Assembly: GCA_947085925.1 (NCBI GenBank)
Contig: CAMTYI010000030.1
Span: 1-42,367, forward strand
Length of the DNA: 42,367 nt
Source: an uncultured Gammaproteobacteria bacterium
Lineage (GTDB): Bacteria; Pseudomonadota; Gammaproteobacteria; Ga0077554; Ga007554
Reading direction: 5' to 3'
Shown piece after piece: positions 41,317 through 42,367 of this stretch. How positions within the stretch are numbered: position 1 is the stretch's first letter; each line of letters begins with the position of its first letter. Made by a program: the position numbers and the translations under genes. Below the pieces are notes generated by a model. It was not told the origin of the DNA. It was given only the letters and a program-made list of their open reading frames with translations, and did no database searches.

Positions 41317-42354
41317 CAGGGCAATCGCATTAAAAGTCTCTTGACAGGGAAGCGGGGATAATGGTTTTTGTTGTCCTTTTGGACTGTCGCCATGGAACCA
41401 CGCCCAACTGCCTCCATCATCAAGCATTTCTCATCCATTCCTGATCCCCGAATAGATCGTCGGAAGTTGCATAAGCTACAGGACATTTTTTTCATTACGC
41501 TGTGCGCCGTCATTTGCGGAGCGGATGATTGGGTGTCTATCGAGTTGTTTGGAGAGTCCAAGGAGGCTTGTTTACCGAGGTTCTGCGCGGCAGTTTAGAT
41601 AAGGCTTCTGGAAAAGCGGCTACATTGTCCCCTTCACGGGGATTCACATGGTCAGTGCGTGGGCAACACAGAACCAGTTAGTGCTTGGGCAACAAAAGGT
41701 AGACGACAAATCCAATGAAATTACCGCCATCCCCAGGCTGTTGATGCAACTCAATATAGCGGGTGCTGTGGTGACCATGGATGCGATGGGTTGTCAGACC
41801 AAAGTGGCAGAACAAATCGTTAATCAAGGCGCTAATTACATGCTCAGTTTAAAAGGCAACCAGCGCAACTTGCAGCAGGAACTGTGCGAGCGTCCGCAGA
41901 TATCGATTGGCTGAAAGAACGGCATCCCCAATGGGTCGACTTGAAGAGTATTTTTGCGGTCACCGCCCAGCGCGAAGCGCGAGATAAAACAACGGAAGAA
42001 ACGCGTTATTTCACCAGCAGTATGGATGCCTCCGACCCAAAACGTTTGGGGCAAATCGTCCGTGCGCACTGGGGTATCGAAAACAATCTGCACTGGGTCT
42101 TGGACTATGCCTTTGATGAGGACGCTCAACGTGCCAGGGCAGGTCACAGTGCCGCTAACATGGCTGTCATCCGGCACATCGCTCTCAATCTGGTTAAATC
42201 CGAAAAAACGGCGAAGGTCGGCGTGAAAAATAAACGACTCAAAGCAGGCTGGGATGAGGATTATTTATTAAAAGTAGTGACGGGAAAGCCGGTGAAAATA
42301 AAGAGAAAAACATAATGGCATGTTTTATAGATTGTTTTTAACGCGATCGCCCTG
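41317..42354 (+). mobile_element. Decayed ISAs1-family element, 1038 bp
   Basis: TIRs CAGGGCAATCGCATTAAAA / TTTTAACGCGATCGCCCTG (17/19 match). Confidence 0.88.
41392..42315 (+). pseudogene. ISAs1 transposase pseudogene
   Basis: IPDPR..HKL, MVSAW..KSNEITAIP, DAMGCQ, KGNQ and RAHWGIENNLHWVLD lie in separate ORF pieces; PSHDT/IDGK and HGRIE segments are missing. Confidence 0.92.
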
Positions 42355-42367
42355 AGCCTGATGGTAC

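Noticed and set aside
41341-41362. TTGACA...GATAAT promoter in ISAs1
   Set aside because: Spacer is only 10 bp

Overview
Chromosomal window of a high-GC proteobacterium, with gene order and most proteins looking gammaproteobacterial. Order: 3' part of rnpB; the complete dcw cluster (mraZ-rsmH-ftsL-ftsI-murE-murF-mraY-murD-ftsW-murG-murC-murB-ddl-ftsQ-ftsA-ftsZ-lpxC); dciA (DUF721), secA, argJ; a ~4 kb accessory block; arsC-family, apaG, a CXXC-20-CXXC membrane protein, a PfkB kinase and an M16B peptidase pair; ftsY-ftsE-ftsX; a PEP-CTERM protein, pterin dehydratase, tRNA-Arg(CCG), purE-purK; an intact-looking IS4-family element and a decayed ISAs1 element. The two most unusual signals: (1) the accessory block is cut into gene cassettes (an oxidoreductase 3' fragment, a DarT-DarG macrodomain toxin-antitoxin pair, two orphan genes) by four co-oriented copies of one GTAG-type REP doublet, with genes cut at the repeats; (2) a 20-bp hairpin mini-insertion occurs twice in tandem inside the inferred ancestral murB start and once, inverted, inside the ISAs1 transposase. 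Several MITEs and REPs are also present. All family assignments come from motif recognition, not database searches.
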